Shown here: piece after piece, positions 1 to 12,774 of the stretch
Layout: the number at the start of each line of letters is the position of its first letter
Position numbering within the stretch: the stretch's first letter is position 1
Assembly: GCA_965153455.1 (NCBI GenBank)
Contig: OZ234493.1
Location: 7,554,213-7,618,212, forward strand
DNA length: 64,000 bases
Direction of reading: 5' to 3'
Source: Sphagnum compactum
Taxonomy: Eukaryota
Program-made: the position numbers and the translations under genes
Notes under the pieces: generated by a model
What the model saw: only the letters and a program-made list of their open reading frames with translations
Database searches by the model: none
Told to the model about the DNA's origin: nothing

Positions 1-56
1 CCTACACCTTGTGATTCTGCATCTACTTTCTGTGACTGGCCTTCATGGGAAAATAC

Positions 57-3000
57 CTGCTCTGCAATTTGTGAATCTTTCCCTGCCCCTATCTCTGCTT
101 GCTCTTCCATGCTTTCAACAGGTCTCTCATTGATGGAAAGCTTCAGCATATTATAGCTGTCTTGTAGTGTATGGGTTAACCTTCCTACCTCATCATCTCG
201 TGCCAGCCTCTCTTCAACAACTGCTTGAACCTTGGGCTTTGAGGCTTCTACTTCTCTTTCAGAGTTTTCCCTTTGGGATTCCAACAGGAAATTCTGCTGC
301 CTGAAGACCTCAGGCTCAAATTCCAGCTCGTTTGCATGGACAGTCTTTCCATCACTTGAGCGAAGCATCTGGTGTTGCAAATTACTCAGCTGATCCACCA
401 CTTTATGTTTCTGTTCCCCTACTCTCCAGAGCAACCCATCTAGTTCTTGACAAAGGACTGTCACCATCTCAGTTTTTTCATGACTTCGGCATTGCTCTCT
501 TGCAACTTTGTCCTTCTCCTCAGCCACAATCCTCAACAATTTGCTAAGTTCTTGACAGAGATTCACGACCAACTCTCTTTTCTCCTGGTTAACTTGATGA
601 AGTGTCTCTTTTAGCTCCTCAATCTCCATACCCAACCATAATTTCTGCAGCTCCACCATCTTCACCAAATCTCTATATTGATCACGTTCAAATCCAATTT
701 CTGTAAACACTTTTGATTTTTCCTCTGAGTTTCTTGTCACCTGCAAAGGGTGAGGGTTCCCAAACATAAGAGCTTGAAAGTTTAAACCCAAAACTTTTTA
801 TGTTTGTCACTAAACCACCCAGTTTGTACCTGATACTCCAGCAACTCCCATAATATCGGTGACTTATGTTGATGCTAGGATTGCATAACAGAGATAGCAC
901 AAAAGCTTCATCTGCACCTTACCTTGAAAAGAATCCCAGAATGCTGGAAAGGTGAGATTTTCCAAGGGTTCAAAAAAGATAAAACAAAAGACCCAAAACT
1001 AGAACTTTGGTGATTTCAAATTTCTCCTTACCTGACTGTACCACTGAACCTTCATCAGCCAACTTGAAAACCTTGTTTCCTTTCCTGTATGAAATCCCAA
1101 CAACTTTGAATTACTAAAGTCAGTAATGACAAAAAAGGGATAACTCACTTCCTGCATCTGTTGCTGTAAAGCTCTCAAATCTGACATCATGTTGCCCTTC
1201 TCTTCCATGAGCATCAGAATGTCAGAATTTAAAGAGTCATTTTGCTGCCGAAGCTCCTGCACCAAAAGCCTTGAATCTTCGAGCAGTGTGTCAACAAGCT
1301 GTTTGCCCTCTTCCATTTGCTTCTGCTCAAGATTTGTTGCTGTGAGCTCAGAAACGACATGATTTATCTCCTCCTCAAGGCTAAGGACTCGATAACTCAA
1401 AATCTGATTCTCTTCCTGCTGTTGGTGTACCTCTTTCTCCAATTTGCTGACTTGACTGATCAACTGTGAGTTTTCCAATTGCAACCCCTGCATTGCACAA
1501 GAAACTTCATCAAGCTTGCTTGCAAGCTGTTTCTTCTCGGCTGCAGGCCTCTGCAACCATCGGTTTAGTTCTTCAATCTCAGAGAGTAATTTCGCCTTGT
1601 CATGCTCCAGGCTTTGAACCTGAAGCTTCAATTTGCTCGACACTGCAAGAAGCTCAACACCTTCTGCATTGGCCCTTGCTCTCTCTTGCTCCAACTCAGC
1701 AATTTTGACTGTCAATGCCACGTTCTCTTCCTGGAGTTCCTGAAAGCATCAACAGAGTTTCATCGGACCCATGAACATGGACTGGATTCAGCAATCCCCT
1801 CAGCAGTGAAAGGAAAAAAACCCAAACACTGCAACTCTAGCTGGAACACTGGAGCAAGATTCTCCCATTTTTTGGAGAAGGACTGCAATTCTACATACCT
1901 TTTCCCTGCACAATTCCTCCAGTCTTTGTGTCAAGTCCTTAACTTTGGAATGCAAAAGTTCATTTTGTTCAGTGAGTCCCTGAATCTGCTGCCCAAGCTC
2001 TTGCACCTCAGCAGAAGCTTTGAGCTTTTCCTTGTCTCTCTCCTCTTTGAGTGCCTTAAGATCTGATGTGAGAAGAGAGTTATGTTCACCCAGTGCCTGT
2101 ATTTCGACCCATGCAGCCTGGAGCTTTGCTGCAAGTTCCAGTCTCTCACCTTCCTGCCGTTCTTTTATCTCCTCTAGCTTGTCAACCTCACTTGCTAACC
2201 GGCCATTCTCTGTGTGCAGCTCATTCACTGAACCATTGAATTCAAGAACCCTGATTGTGAGCTGTTTGATCTCAGCACCTGACTTCTGAAGTTGTTGGTT
2301 CAGATCTTCAATCACAGATGTAGACTTCAAATTCTCAGCTATCAAGCCTTGAACTTGTTCCTTCCAAGTTATAAGCTCCTCAGCAATTGCCTCCTCCCTC
2401 CTGTGTTTTTCTTGCACAAGACTCGCAATTTCAGTAACCAAATGTTCCTTTTCCAAGAGCAAATCCTGCAGTGCTTGAGAAGTTTCATGAGACTGGCTAA
2501 CAGCAAGGGCATTCTCATCACCCACTTTCTTCAGCTGCTGTTGCAGCTCTTGCACCTCAGTAACAAACATAGCCTTCTCCTTAACTTGGTTTGTTAAGTG
2601 TTCTGAGAGCTCGGACGACAAGAAAGCTTCACGTTCATGAGCTGCTTTCAGTTGCTCCCAGACTGTTTGAATCCCTGCCATCAGATCCAACTTCTCACCT
2701 TCCTGTCTCTGTTTCTCCCAAGCAAGATTGCTGACCTCAGCAACCAGGCGTGCATTTTCCTCCCAAAGTTCCTTCAAAGCCTGCTGAGATTCAGAAGACA
2801 AGGTTGCAAGCTCTGCATTCTCCTTGCCTAGACTCTGTAGCTGGGAGTTCAAGTCCTCAATCAGAGACAAGCCTTTCATCTTCTCAGTCTCCAGGCTTTG
2901 AATGTGTTCCCTCCATGTTTCAAACTCTTCTGCAACCTCATTTTCCCTCAACTGTCTATTTCGCACCATCTCCTCCAGGCCATGAACAAACCCCATCTTC

Positions 3001-4631
3001 TCACTGTTGGCATCCTCCAGCATTTGATTTAGTTGGCTGGCCTTGACAACAAGCTCAGCATTCTCTTCTCTGAGTCTTTGTACCTCAAGCTGAAGCTCCT
3101 TCCCCTTTGAAACTGACACAAGTTTTTCATCAGCCCTCTCCTTTGTGCACTCTGCAAGTTTGGACACAAGATGGATTTCCTTTTCTGCAGAAGTTTGTGT
3201 TTGTACATGCAAGGTCACAACCTCTTTCTCATGCTGCAATATCCTTTCCTCCTGTCTTTCCCTCTCTTCCTGCAGTTTGCTGATCTCTATAGCCAACTGT
3301 CTGTTCTCCCTCAGAACCTCCTGCAGTGGTTGATAAGAATCATCTAATTGGGCCACCAACAGTTTCTTCTCACTGTTCAGCTGCTGAAGACATTCATCTG
3401 AATCCTCCATAAGTGGTAGAGAACTCGTAATTTCTCCAGCACCCTTCTCTTGAAGCTTTCTACACTCAAATGCCAGAAAAGTGTCATCACCACTACTAGC
3501 AACTTGCAATTGCCCCTGCAGTGCTTGCAGCTCTGATGTCTGTTCCAAACACTCCGTCTCATGTCTGTCTCCAGCTTCTTCAGCAGCAATAAGCTGAGCA
3601 TTCCATAATAGCTCCACCATGGATGGTCTTGATTCATCAGAGTTCAAAACATACTCCTTGTTGTTGTTGTCTTCCTCCTCCTCCTTCTCAAGCCTTTGTG
3701 AATCTTGCTTGTGTGGCATATCCTCCATCATGTAAATAGATGCATGCTTCTCAAGTGCCAAGCTCTGGACATGAATCTTCAACTGCTTTGCCAATCTCAA
3801 CCTCTCCTCATTTCTATCAACTTCAAACTGCAAAGGTAGCCAAAACCCCCAAGTGTCCAGACCAGATGAATCAGGCAACAAGACCAATTGCTTTGTCTAG
3901 ATCTCAGTATTTACAACCTTCCATAGTGACAAGCAAAACTCCATGCTGTTTTAAGACTTGTAAGATGGCAGCAGAACAGGCCTCTAACAGATTCCACAAG
4001 ATAAGAAATGCAACATGAGACAAAGATTCTAATTTGCAAGCAGCTTGGCTTGAAGTACCTGCTTTTTGCACCTCACTATCTCAGTGGCAAGTTGATCTGC
4101 CCTGCTTTCAGAGGCTTCTACAACAGATAGCAGATGTTCCCGCTCATCACCCATCATTCTAGTCTGTGCTTTCAGGTTTTCAATCTCAGCGAAGAATTCT
4201 ATCCTCTCTTGGGCAGCGGTTTCAAGCTGAAGATGAAAAGCATTGAGTTCATTTGTAAGCTGCAAATTTTCAGTTTCCAATGCATCAACCTGATTGACTG
4301 TTACACAATGCAACTTCTCTCCTTCCATCTTTCTTCCACCTGCTGCTGCTGCTGCTGCTGCTGCTTGTGCTTTAGGTTTTCCAACTTCCCCTACAAACTC
4401 TGAGATGATATCGCCCTGTCTTCTTTCAAAAATTGCTTCCACCTGCTGAACTTGCTGTGACAAACATGGCTCCTCATCTACTATTTCAGTGCTCTCTTGC
4501 ACCAAGAACTCCTCCCTCGTCATCAATGCACTTTCCCCATCCACATCTCCATTACTCACATCCAAAGGCTGCAACATCATTTCTTGTACCTCTGACAAAG
4601 CTGTGTCACCACTACGTTTAGCCATCATCAT
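57..4631 (-). CDS. Large coiled-coil protein (myosin-tail/golgin-like composition), 3' end beyond the window start; at least 1259 aa
   Basis: Exons 4631-4059 (ATG with an in-frame TGA upstream at 4661-4659), 3827-1899, 1739-1149 and 740-57. All are phase 0 with GT donors and AG acceptors. The sequence is E/Q/L/K-rich with a heptad pattern throughout. A likely 5'UTR exon lies at 5227-5127, with a pyrimidine-rich leader out to about 5930. No globular domain was recognised. Confidence 0.8.
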
Positions 4632-6399
4632 CCTTTCAGGTATGCAGTTTACACTACATCAAATCCTTCAAGGGGCTGTAAGTCCTCATCTGTCAATCAT
4701 TTGGGAACCTGTGAAGACAACTTCTCGCATTTCAGAATTGGGTTCTCCTCCCTCCCTTGCCACAGAATGTCTGTCTGGGTTGCAAAGGGTGGATGATCCC
4801 ACCACAACAACGTCCAACCTACCTAGGAGCCAAAGCAAGATTTTGTTTGTCGTAACTACCTACCAGTCTCCTTGTTGCCAACCCTTCCAGAACATTCAGG
4901 CTTTCACCTAAACAGACCCCACAGTTCAGACCCCCACCCCCCAAACATCCAAAGACTTTTTATAGTGGTTTGGGATGTGCAGGCTGCATTGTGTCGCAAA
5001 TAGAGGCACAATGCAAACACACACACACAACACACTGAAAAAATAACGCAGTCCCAACATACTTAGAAAAGAGATGCAGCAGAATTCTTGTTACAATGAA
5101 TGCAATCAGAATAATAATACACGTACCTTCTCAAGAGAGGATGCTTGCCAACGCAAATCGGAAAGAAAGAAAGAAAGAGTGAGAAACCTCCCGCAACAAA
5201 AAACAAAGACACCCAAATCCTCGCAACCTGAGAAAAAATGAAAATGTCCCCAGCGACAAATTCTGTGTTCTAAAGAACACCCACCCCCAAAAACAAAAAC
5301 AAACTAGGACACAGTGAATGTACTTCCAGATCTACGAGAAAGAAGAGAAACATCGAATATGAAGAAGAAGACCCGGTGAGAGAATAAAAGCCCACAAAAA
5401 CAACACGTCTGAAGTGAAGAATGAAAGAAAGAAAGAAAGCACGGGAACAAAATAAGGCAACGAACGACAACAACAACTGATCCAGCAAAGAAAGATATGT
5501 AAGAAAATGAAACAATCGCCCAAACAGCAAAACGGCAGAATCACAAATGGGCGGCGGCGGGCGTCTATCGTGGTGGTGGCAGGCACATGCTTTGAGATCA
5601 ACAGCATCATCATCATCATCAGCATCAGAACAAGAAGAAGAAAAAGAGGGGTGCATGCGGTAGGAAGGAGGGGGACGGCACGGAATCACATCATCAAAGA
5701 AAAAAAGAAGGAAGGAAGACGACCGAAATAGAAAAGAAGAAGAAAATAGAGAAGTGCGGTGCAACGGAAACATTCAACACGATTACACACAACATACACA
5801 TGACTTAGTCAGAAGAGAGAAGAAGAGAAGACATTTTCGCTGCTGCTCTGCTGCTCCTCCTCCTCCTCCCGCTTCCTCTCCTCTTCAAAATTAGAAAGAA
5901 ACAACAAATTAAAATAACAAACACGGACGGGGTGCAAGGAGGGAGGGAGGGAAGAAAGCCAACGCCGACTTTCTGGTAGGTAGGTACCATGGCCCACTAG
6001 GTACTTGGTCTACTAGGCAGGTAAATGAAAGAAACCGGTCCGTAAGGAGACGAATGCCGGCTGGCTTTGTTAGCTGCCGTAGCCCACTAGGTACTACCTG
6101 CCGTGGTCTACTGGGTAGGTACTACCTTGATGGCGGTCTATGCGGCGATTCAAATCGTATCGTGCCTGTGATAAGGGAGGAGGGGGGAGCGAGCGGGCGG
6201 GCGGGCGGCGGGGAGGGAGGGGAGTGTCTGTGGGACCGACCACCGGAGCTTCTTCATTTCCAACGAATAACCGAACGGCATAACCGTAGTATAATTAAGA
6301 CAGATTTGCCGGGTGTTTTTTTTTAAATATTTCTTTATTTATGTAATTTTTTAAATAATTATTTATTTATTTTCAAAATAAATAACTTATTTTCTTCTG

Positions 6400-8950
6400 G
6401 AGAGGATCCAGTTCACAAAAGACGCACTAACTTTGGAAGCAACTTCAACTGCAACCATGCACACAAACAGAGTGGAAGAATCAAGTGCTCCAGTTTCAAA
6501 TCATCCTTCTATTTTCAAATCAACTTGAAGGAAGGAAGGAAGGAAGGCAAGTATCGTATTAATCCATGGCTCAAAGTTTCAATAGAGCATCACATGTTCT
6601 GGAGTTTTCACTCTATTTTTTCAGAAGAAGTAGATTGATGCATGTTCACTCCATTAGAACAGAGCTATATTCTGGAGTTGGAAAGAATCCCGTGTGACTT
6701 GGATTGCAATGGGGACAACAGAGAGGGAATGGTGAGTAGAGTGGGGTTAGTAGGGTTGTGCGAGGTCACTGGGAGGACACCTTGTCATGTATTGCTATTA
6801 GAATTTTTGAAAACTTGGAAAGATCACAAAGTTGAACATATTTGTTTTTGCCCATATTAGGGGAGAAAGTTGTGGTGGTGGTTGTGCATACAATTCAAAA
6901 AGCTTTCAAGATCCATTCCTAAGCAAACAAAGTCACAACACAACATCTGTTGTTGAAGAAGGTTTCACTACCTAATGCATATGTCAATGCAAAATAGTGA
7001 AACATTGAAAAGATGAAAACGTCCTATGACATCAAATTTCTTGACCTTATGCAAAATGATTTACCAACGAAACAAAGTGTGTTATTTCAGCAATAGGGAA
7101 TGTTGTTTCTATGATGAAAGCAAAAAGAGGAAATTTAATTAATCGAGCTCAAACAATGTTTAAAAACTTGATCAAAGAATTGGATAAATGGACAAAAAAG
7201 CTTATGCAAAAATGATTGAAGGGAAGGACAAGATGGATGTCCAAAAAACCATAAGCAATTTTGCATTTGTCATTGAACTTTTAATGTAACTTTGGTTGCT
7301 TAAGGAACAATTTGAAAAACTAGTTACAACAATAACATCATGATCATAAAAATCATTTATTGCTAACCCAAGAATGTAATAGAATTAAAGGACAAATGGT
7401 AAAAGTTCAAGAAGTCATTTAGGTCCTCCAATCAATTTCCAAAGGCAGATCCACAAATGGAGAGGAGCCGACAAATGACAAAACCAAAGGTAACAATTTA
7501 ATCAAAGATGATGAAAAGGCTGAAATTATCATGTTTAAACATAAGAAAACAAGGATGCACGGAGCTATGGAATCACCACTTCCACACACAATAATGTTTA
7601 CCATATAAAAGCAGATTCCACCATTACATACACACTTTATGCACAAGGAGGAAATATAGGTGAAAAAGGAACAAGATTAATTTGTAACTTTAGTTGTGGA
7701 TGAATAATTATGGTCATCACCCCATCCAATGCAAGTGGAACCAAAATCACAAATACATACAATACGTGAAATGTAATACCAAAGGAAAATAGACCTAGTT
7801 TTTTTACATGATTTTATGAAGGAAGTGACCAATTTCACAATTATAGAAATGTTGAACCATCATCAAAAGAGACATTTGCAAACGTTACTCCATTGTTTAG
7901 AATATTAGGGACATTTAATTTTTTGGGACAAGATGTGTAAGATCATAAGAAAATAGTTGTTTTAACAAATGGTTCAATATAACCAAAATATGCATAATGT
8001 ATTATTGGAGATGTCAAAGTTGGAATTACAACAACAAGAAGGTGAAGTTAATAGGCTATAGTTGGTGACAAGGTGTAAGGCTGCATTTCAAAAGGCTTGG
8101 AACTTGAAGTAGCAGCTAGTAACACATGAGGTGTAAACAAAGAGCCTGCATTAAAGGAACAACAATTTAATAAAATGCAAATGGAGTTATACCAAATTCA
8201 CCAAAGAAACACTAATTTGGAAATGCAAATTGTGGCCTTGGAAAGGATTAAATGAAAGGAGAATCTATAGAAAACTTGGATGAAATGTATTGAAAATTTA
8301 AAAAGCGAGCTAACGAAGATGTAACCATGTGTGAAATTCTAATCAAAGATAATTTTCGATTGGATAATTTTATAATAAAGCAACAATAGTAGATTCTCAC
8401 ACTCAAGTAGGAATTACAAACAATAGTGCAAACGAAAAATGAAGCACAATTTCATATAAAAAACATGAAGGCCTTTTATGAAACGCATGGATGTAGAATG
8501 CCATGAAACAAATGCAAAATGTGGACTCCTATAATTCCAAGTACATGTCGCATAACTATGACAAACTGAAGATGTAGTAAATCTAAGCATAAATCCATGG
8601 TGTTAATAACCACAACTGTGGATACCGGGTGAAACCTAATACATGGCATCCTAATTGTAGACTTAGAAGAGATATTTTTCAAGCACAAGGTTGATGAGGG
8701 TTTATATAGGAGAAGTTGAAAGCATATCCAAACACATCTAAATTTGTGTATGAATCTTCATTTCAAATCTAGGGTTTAAAAGCAATTGCAACAAACTCAA
8801 CAAGCAATAGAAGACCGGGGGTTTAAGGATCAATATAGATATCTATGGATGGAGCTTCAAGTGCAAAATATGATGTAGTTAATATCTTAGCATGTTCATT
8901 GTTGTGTTTTGCGATTCCAAGGTTTTGAAGATGAGATCCAAAAGTACAAG
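6400..8950 (+). mobile_element. Heavily decayed coding-like insertion, probably a transposon/retroelement remnant
   Basis: Purine-rich, coding-like + strand sequence broken by many stops and flanked by AT-rich tracts. It sits between the GC-rich upstream regions of two divergent genes. No diagnostic domain was recognised. Confidence 0.35.
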
Positions 8951-9519
8951 GGAAAATGTTAAGGACTAATTAAAATTATATTATTGTTTTGAATTGATTA
9001 AGACTTGTATTCTTATTGTTAACTAATTAAGACTAAAAAAGAATTTGAATTATGTTTTTGGAGGAAAGATTTGAATTAATCTTCTTGCATGAAGATGTTT
9101 ATAAGGATGTTCATGAAGAGGATTTGGGAGAAGGATTATTACGATAGAAGAAGCATTTTTCAAAAATGATCTAAATAACAAAATGAAAACTTGGAGATGA
9201 AAATTATTTTTATATTTTGTTCGATTTCGCTTTTGATTCTATTTTGAACCAATGTATGTTCAATTTTGCTATACAATAATGAAATAATAATAATGATTGT
9301 GTTATATTCTAATCATAATTGTGTATATAAATAAATAAAATTATTGTTGTAATTTGAAATGTATTGAGTTTGTGTTTCTTTTTGTAATATTTGAAATGTA
9401 GAGATTGAAATGCAAATTCTATGTTGAAATGTAGAGATTGAAGTGTAGATTCTATGACACGAAATTCAATTATAAAACTACAGAATTTAGTGTTTACCAA
9501 AAAAAAAAGCACCTTTGTG

Positions 9520-9665
9520 AACATGGACAAGAGAAAAAAACACATCCAAGCCAAATATGGATAGAAAAAAAGACACATCCAAGTGAAACACGGATGGAAA
9601 AAATAACACATCCAAGTGAATGAAACATGGATAAGAAAAAACAAGTAAACGTGAAAGAAACTTGA
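9520..9665. repeat. Degenerate ~33-bp tandem repeat upstream of TRS31
   Basis: Recurring ACACATCCAAG...GGAT.GAAAAAA units near 9540, 9573 and 9606. Confidence 0.65.
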
Positions 9666-9868
9666 AGGTGAGCAAACAACGAAGTTCTTGCAAACTTTTG
9701 CGCTGCCCGGATGCTTCCCGTGTGTCAGGAAGCATTTAGACGCGCGACAGAGGTGAGAGGACGATCGCATTGTTGCACAGAGAGGGCGGGCGAGCGAGCT
9801 TTGCGTGCTTTGCGTTGAGGAGCTTTGCGATCAGAGTACTTACATCGCTCTTGGCAAAACACAGAGAG

Positions 9869-12774
9869 ATGATAGGAGTGGGGAGAAGCAAACAAAATCT
9901 CAATGTGGTGGACAGGCCCCTCGGCAAGGGCAAAACGGAGGTTCTGTTTTTTTTTCCCCCCTCTTCTTTTCGCTCCCAGTTCTCCTTTTCTTTCTGCAAA
10001 GAAACAAAAAACTGAATTTGGTATCTTTTTTTGTACAGGCCGTGTTTCTGGGGTTTGAAGGAGTCTTTTATTTTTATTTTTCTCTCATAGATTTGCTAAT
10101 AATTTCTTGAACCTAAAACAGGTGGAAGGTGTTTGTGATAGATCCGTGAGTGTTGGAATTTCCTTTTAGGTCAAAAACATCAATCCTGAGATGTCTGCTG
10201 CCAAGATGCAAATCTATGATGAGAATTGACAATAGTGGCTGATGCAAGGCGTGAGTGAGCTTGTAGTCACTTTGTACTCAGCTTTGAGGACCTCTCTCTG
10301 CTCGCAGATTTTGTTAGCTTCATAAACATAGTTTCCGCAGATTAAAAAGATTCCTCTAAAACTCTCAGTCTCTCTTTCCTTCTTCTATGAGTCATATTAA
10401 CATCAATAGGGATGCTGCCAACAAAAATGAAAGCGTTTGGGGGAAGCTCTTGTCAAACCAGGAACTTAGGGTTTGAGACACAGGGTTTTTTGGCTTTGTT
10501 AGTTTCATCAACTTAGTTTCTATAGATGAAAAAAAAAGTCCTCCGAAGCTCTCAGTCTTTCATTCCTTCTTCTATCAATCATATTAACATCAATAGGGAC
10601 GCCACTAACAAAAATGTAAGTGTCTGGGGGAAGCTCTTGTTAAACTAGGAACTTAGGGTTTGAGATATAGGGTTCTTCGGTGACCCTTTGTGTTCTATTG
10701 AGTATACCAGGTTCCAATTTTGTAGGCACAACCTTTGTCCAAGCTATCATCTCCCCTGTGATCTCTATGGAGAAATTTGTAATTCCCTAGTAGCCTAATT
10801 TCATGTCTCGAACTAAGGTTGAAGATTGTGGTCAGCCACCAATTGATCGATTATAAAAATAGACCCCTTGCTCTGATGGGCTTCAGGATTGTGCACAGGT
10901 CAACAGCTGATAAGCTCAGGAAGATGTCTCATTTCAGTTATGGATTCTGAAGCAAATCCTTTTTATGCGTTAGGATCCAACTGTTGTTTTCAAGTGAAAG
11001 CAATCAGCTCACAGGACTTATTCCCTCCATCATCATACATTGAGTAGAAATAGTTTTGGTGGTGTGTGTGCAGGTCAGTCTGAGTGCATTTGCATTTCTG
11101 TTCTCAGAGCTTGTACAGTACAACCAAACACGTGTTGACAATATTGCAGAACTTGAACGCAGGTCACCTTGCTCTCTGCTGTTCCATTTTAGTTTTACCT
11201 TCTTGTTATCTAATGATGATTTTCATAGAATGTGCATTGTATCATTAGATTTTTCAATGTTGCTTTCTAATGAGGCTTGTGTCTTTGTTATTTGTCTGCA
11301 AATTTGGAAAACAGACTGGAGGATGCAGGTTATGCTGTTGGCATTCGCATGCTTGAGCTTCTATGTCACCGAGAAAAGGTTTAAAGATTTGCCAATCTTG
11401 TGTGTTGTAAGCATACATCTAGCCTCCCATCCAGGCTGTAAAATCTCTCAAGCTTTCTATATGTGAAGCTTGATTGTGAATCCTTTTTTTGCATCTCACA
11501 GGGGAATAGGAGAGAGACAAGACTGCTCAACATTCTGTCCTTTGTTCACAGCACAGTGTGGAAATCACTTTTTGGGAAGGTAAGGAGCCCTCTTAAGCGT
11601 TTTTACATGTTGCTTGAATGACAAGTGAAGTGTTTAGATGTTGGAGAACCCAATAATTCTCAACTTTTGTGGTCAAGGTCAGGTGTAGCTGTTTGCTCAA
11701 AAGAATATTCCGTCATGGGGATGTGGAGGATGTGGACAGGTGGCTGATTCATTAGAGAAAGGCACTGAGCATGAAGATGAATACATGATAAGTGAAAAGG
11801 AGCTCCTTGTCAACAGGTTTGATAATTCTAAACCTTGTAAGTTAGGAGATGGATTCCTGTTCCTCAAACTTTTGGAGTGTTTTTTAAAGGAAATTGATTC
11901 TATAATGGCTATGTAAAATTGGAGTTAACTGGGCCAGGTATATTTCAGTACCAAAAGACATGGGGGCATTCAACTGTGGTGCCTTTGTTGCTGGTGTTGT
12001 GAAGGTAAATTGCCTCCTCTTGTTGTTTATGCTCATAGGGTTTTGAAATTGTTGAGTTTCTCATTCAGGATGACAATGGAGCTTTGGTAAGTATTGTAGA
12101 GTTTAATGTTTTCTTGCACTGTTGTGCTTCTTTGCACTTGTTTGATCATTGAAAGTTGTTGGGCTTTTGTTCCCTTTCCTATCCGCTGTTGTGCCTGTGT
12201 ATTGTGTGTCCATGCCACTGTCCTTCAGTTTCAGTGGCTAATTTATGAAGTCCTTTCCTCATATTTCTGGGTCCAATTCGTTTCATGTTTTGTTTTGGTC
12301 TCATGAACTTTCTGGACTTGCAGTCAACTCTTCAGAGTTCTTAATTGTCTTTGCTGTGTTTGTGGAGCACAGGGTGTCTTGGATGGGGCAGGATTCCCAG
12401 CAAGGGTGACGGCACATTTTGTGGCAGTGGAGGGCCAAGCACGTCCTCGGACCACCATTCTCATCAAGTTTTCAGAAGAGGTACACCTGTCCATAGACCA
12501 AGCATATGAGCACTAAGCACCCACAAGGCCCAGAGCAGGAGATTGGTGATTGATTGTTTAGATGATGTATGGTGGGGTGCAACCATGTGAGTAGATAACA
12601 CCTCTCCGCTAGTCATGCCTCTGGGGGATGGTGCACTATAGTTAACATTATAGTAGACAGTTCATCTGAAGAGCAGAAAGTATCCCATTAAAAGACCCAA
12701 TCTTAGCTTCAATGTTTATGCTCTCTTATGGTTCTTACATGCAGGTTCTCCAGCGAGAAGCTCGTCTTGGATAA
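9869..12774 (+). CDS. TRS31: Trafficking protein particle complex subunit 5 (TRS31/TRAPPC5), 194 aa
   Basis: Eight exons: 9869-9940, 11074-11162, 11315-11378, 11502-11579, 11740-11816, 11938-12004, 12373-12480, 12745-12774 (585 nt, all GT-AG). Translation MIGVGRSKQNLNVVDRPLGKGKTEVSLSAFAFLFSELVQYNQ...FNCGAFVAGVVKGVLDGAGFPARVTAHFV...IKFSEEVLQREARLG* carries the hallmark TRAPPC5 motifs. Confidence 0.97.
10311..10676. repeat. Diverged tandem duplication (~185-bp unit x2) in TRS31 intron 1
   Basis: CTCTCAGTC...CATATTAACATCAATAGGGA...GGGGGAAGCTCTTGT.AAAC.AGGAACTTAGGGTTTGAGA occurs at 10362 and 10549. Confidence 0.9.

Noticed and set aside
5270-5997. ORFs of 61-167 aa upstream of the coiled-coil gene
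   Set aside because: Low-complexity F/S/L-rich translations of a pyrimidine-rich leader or intron, not protein-like.
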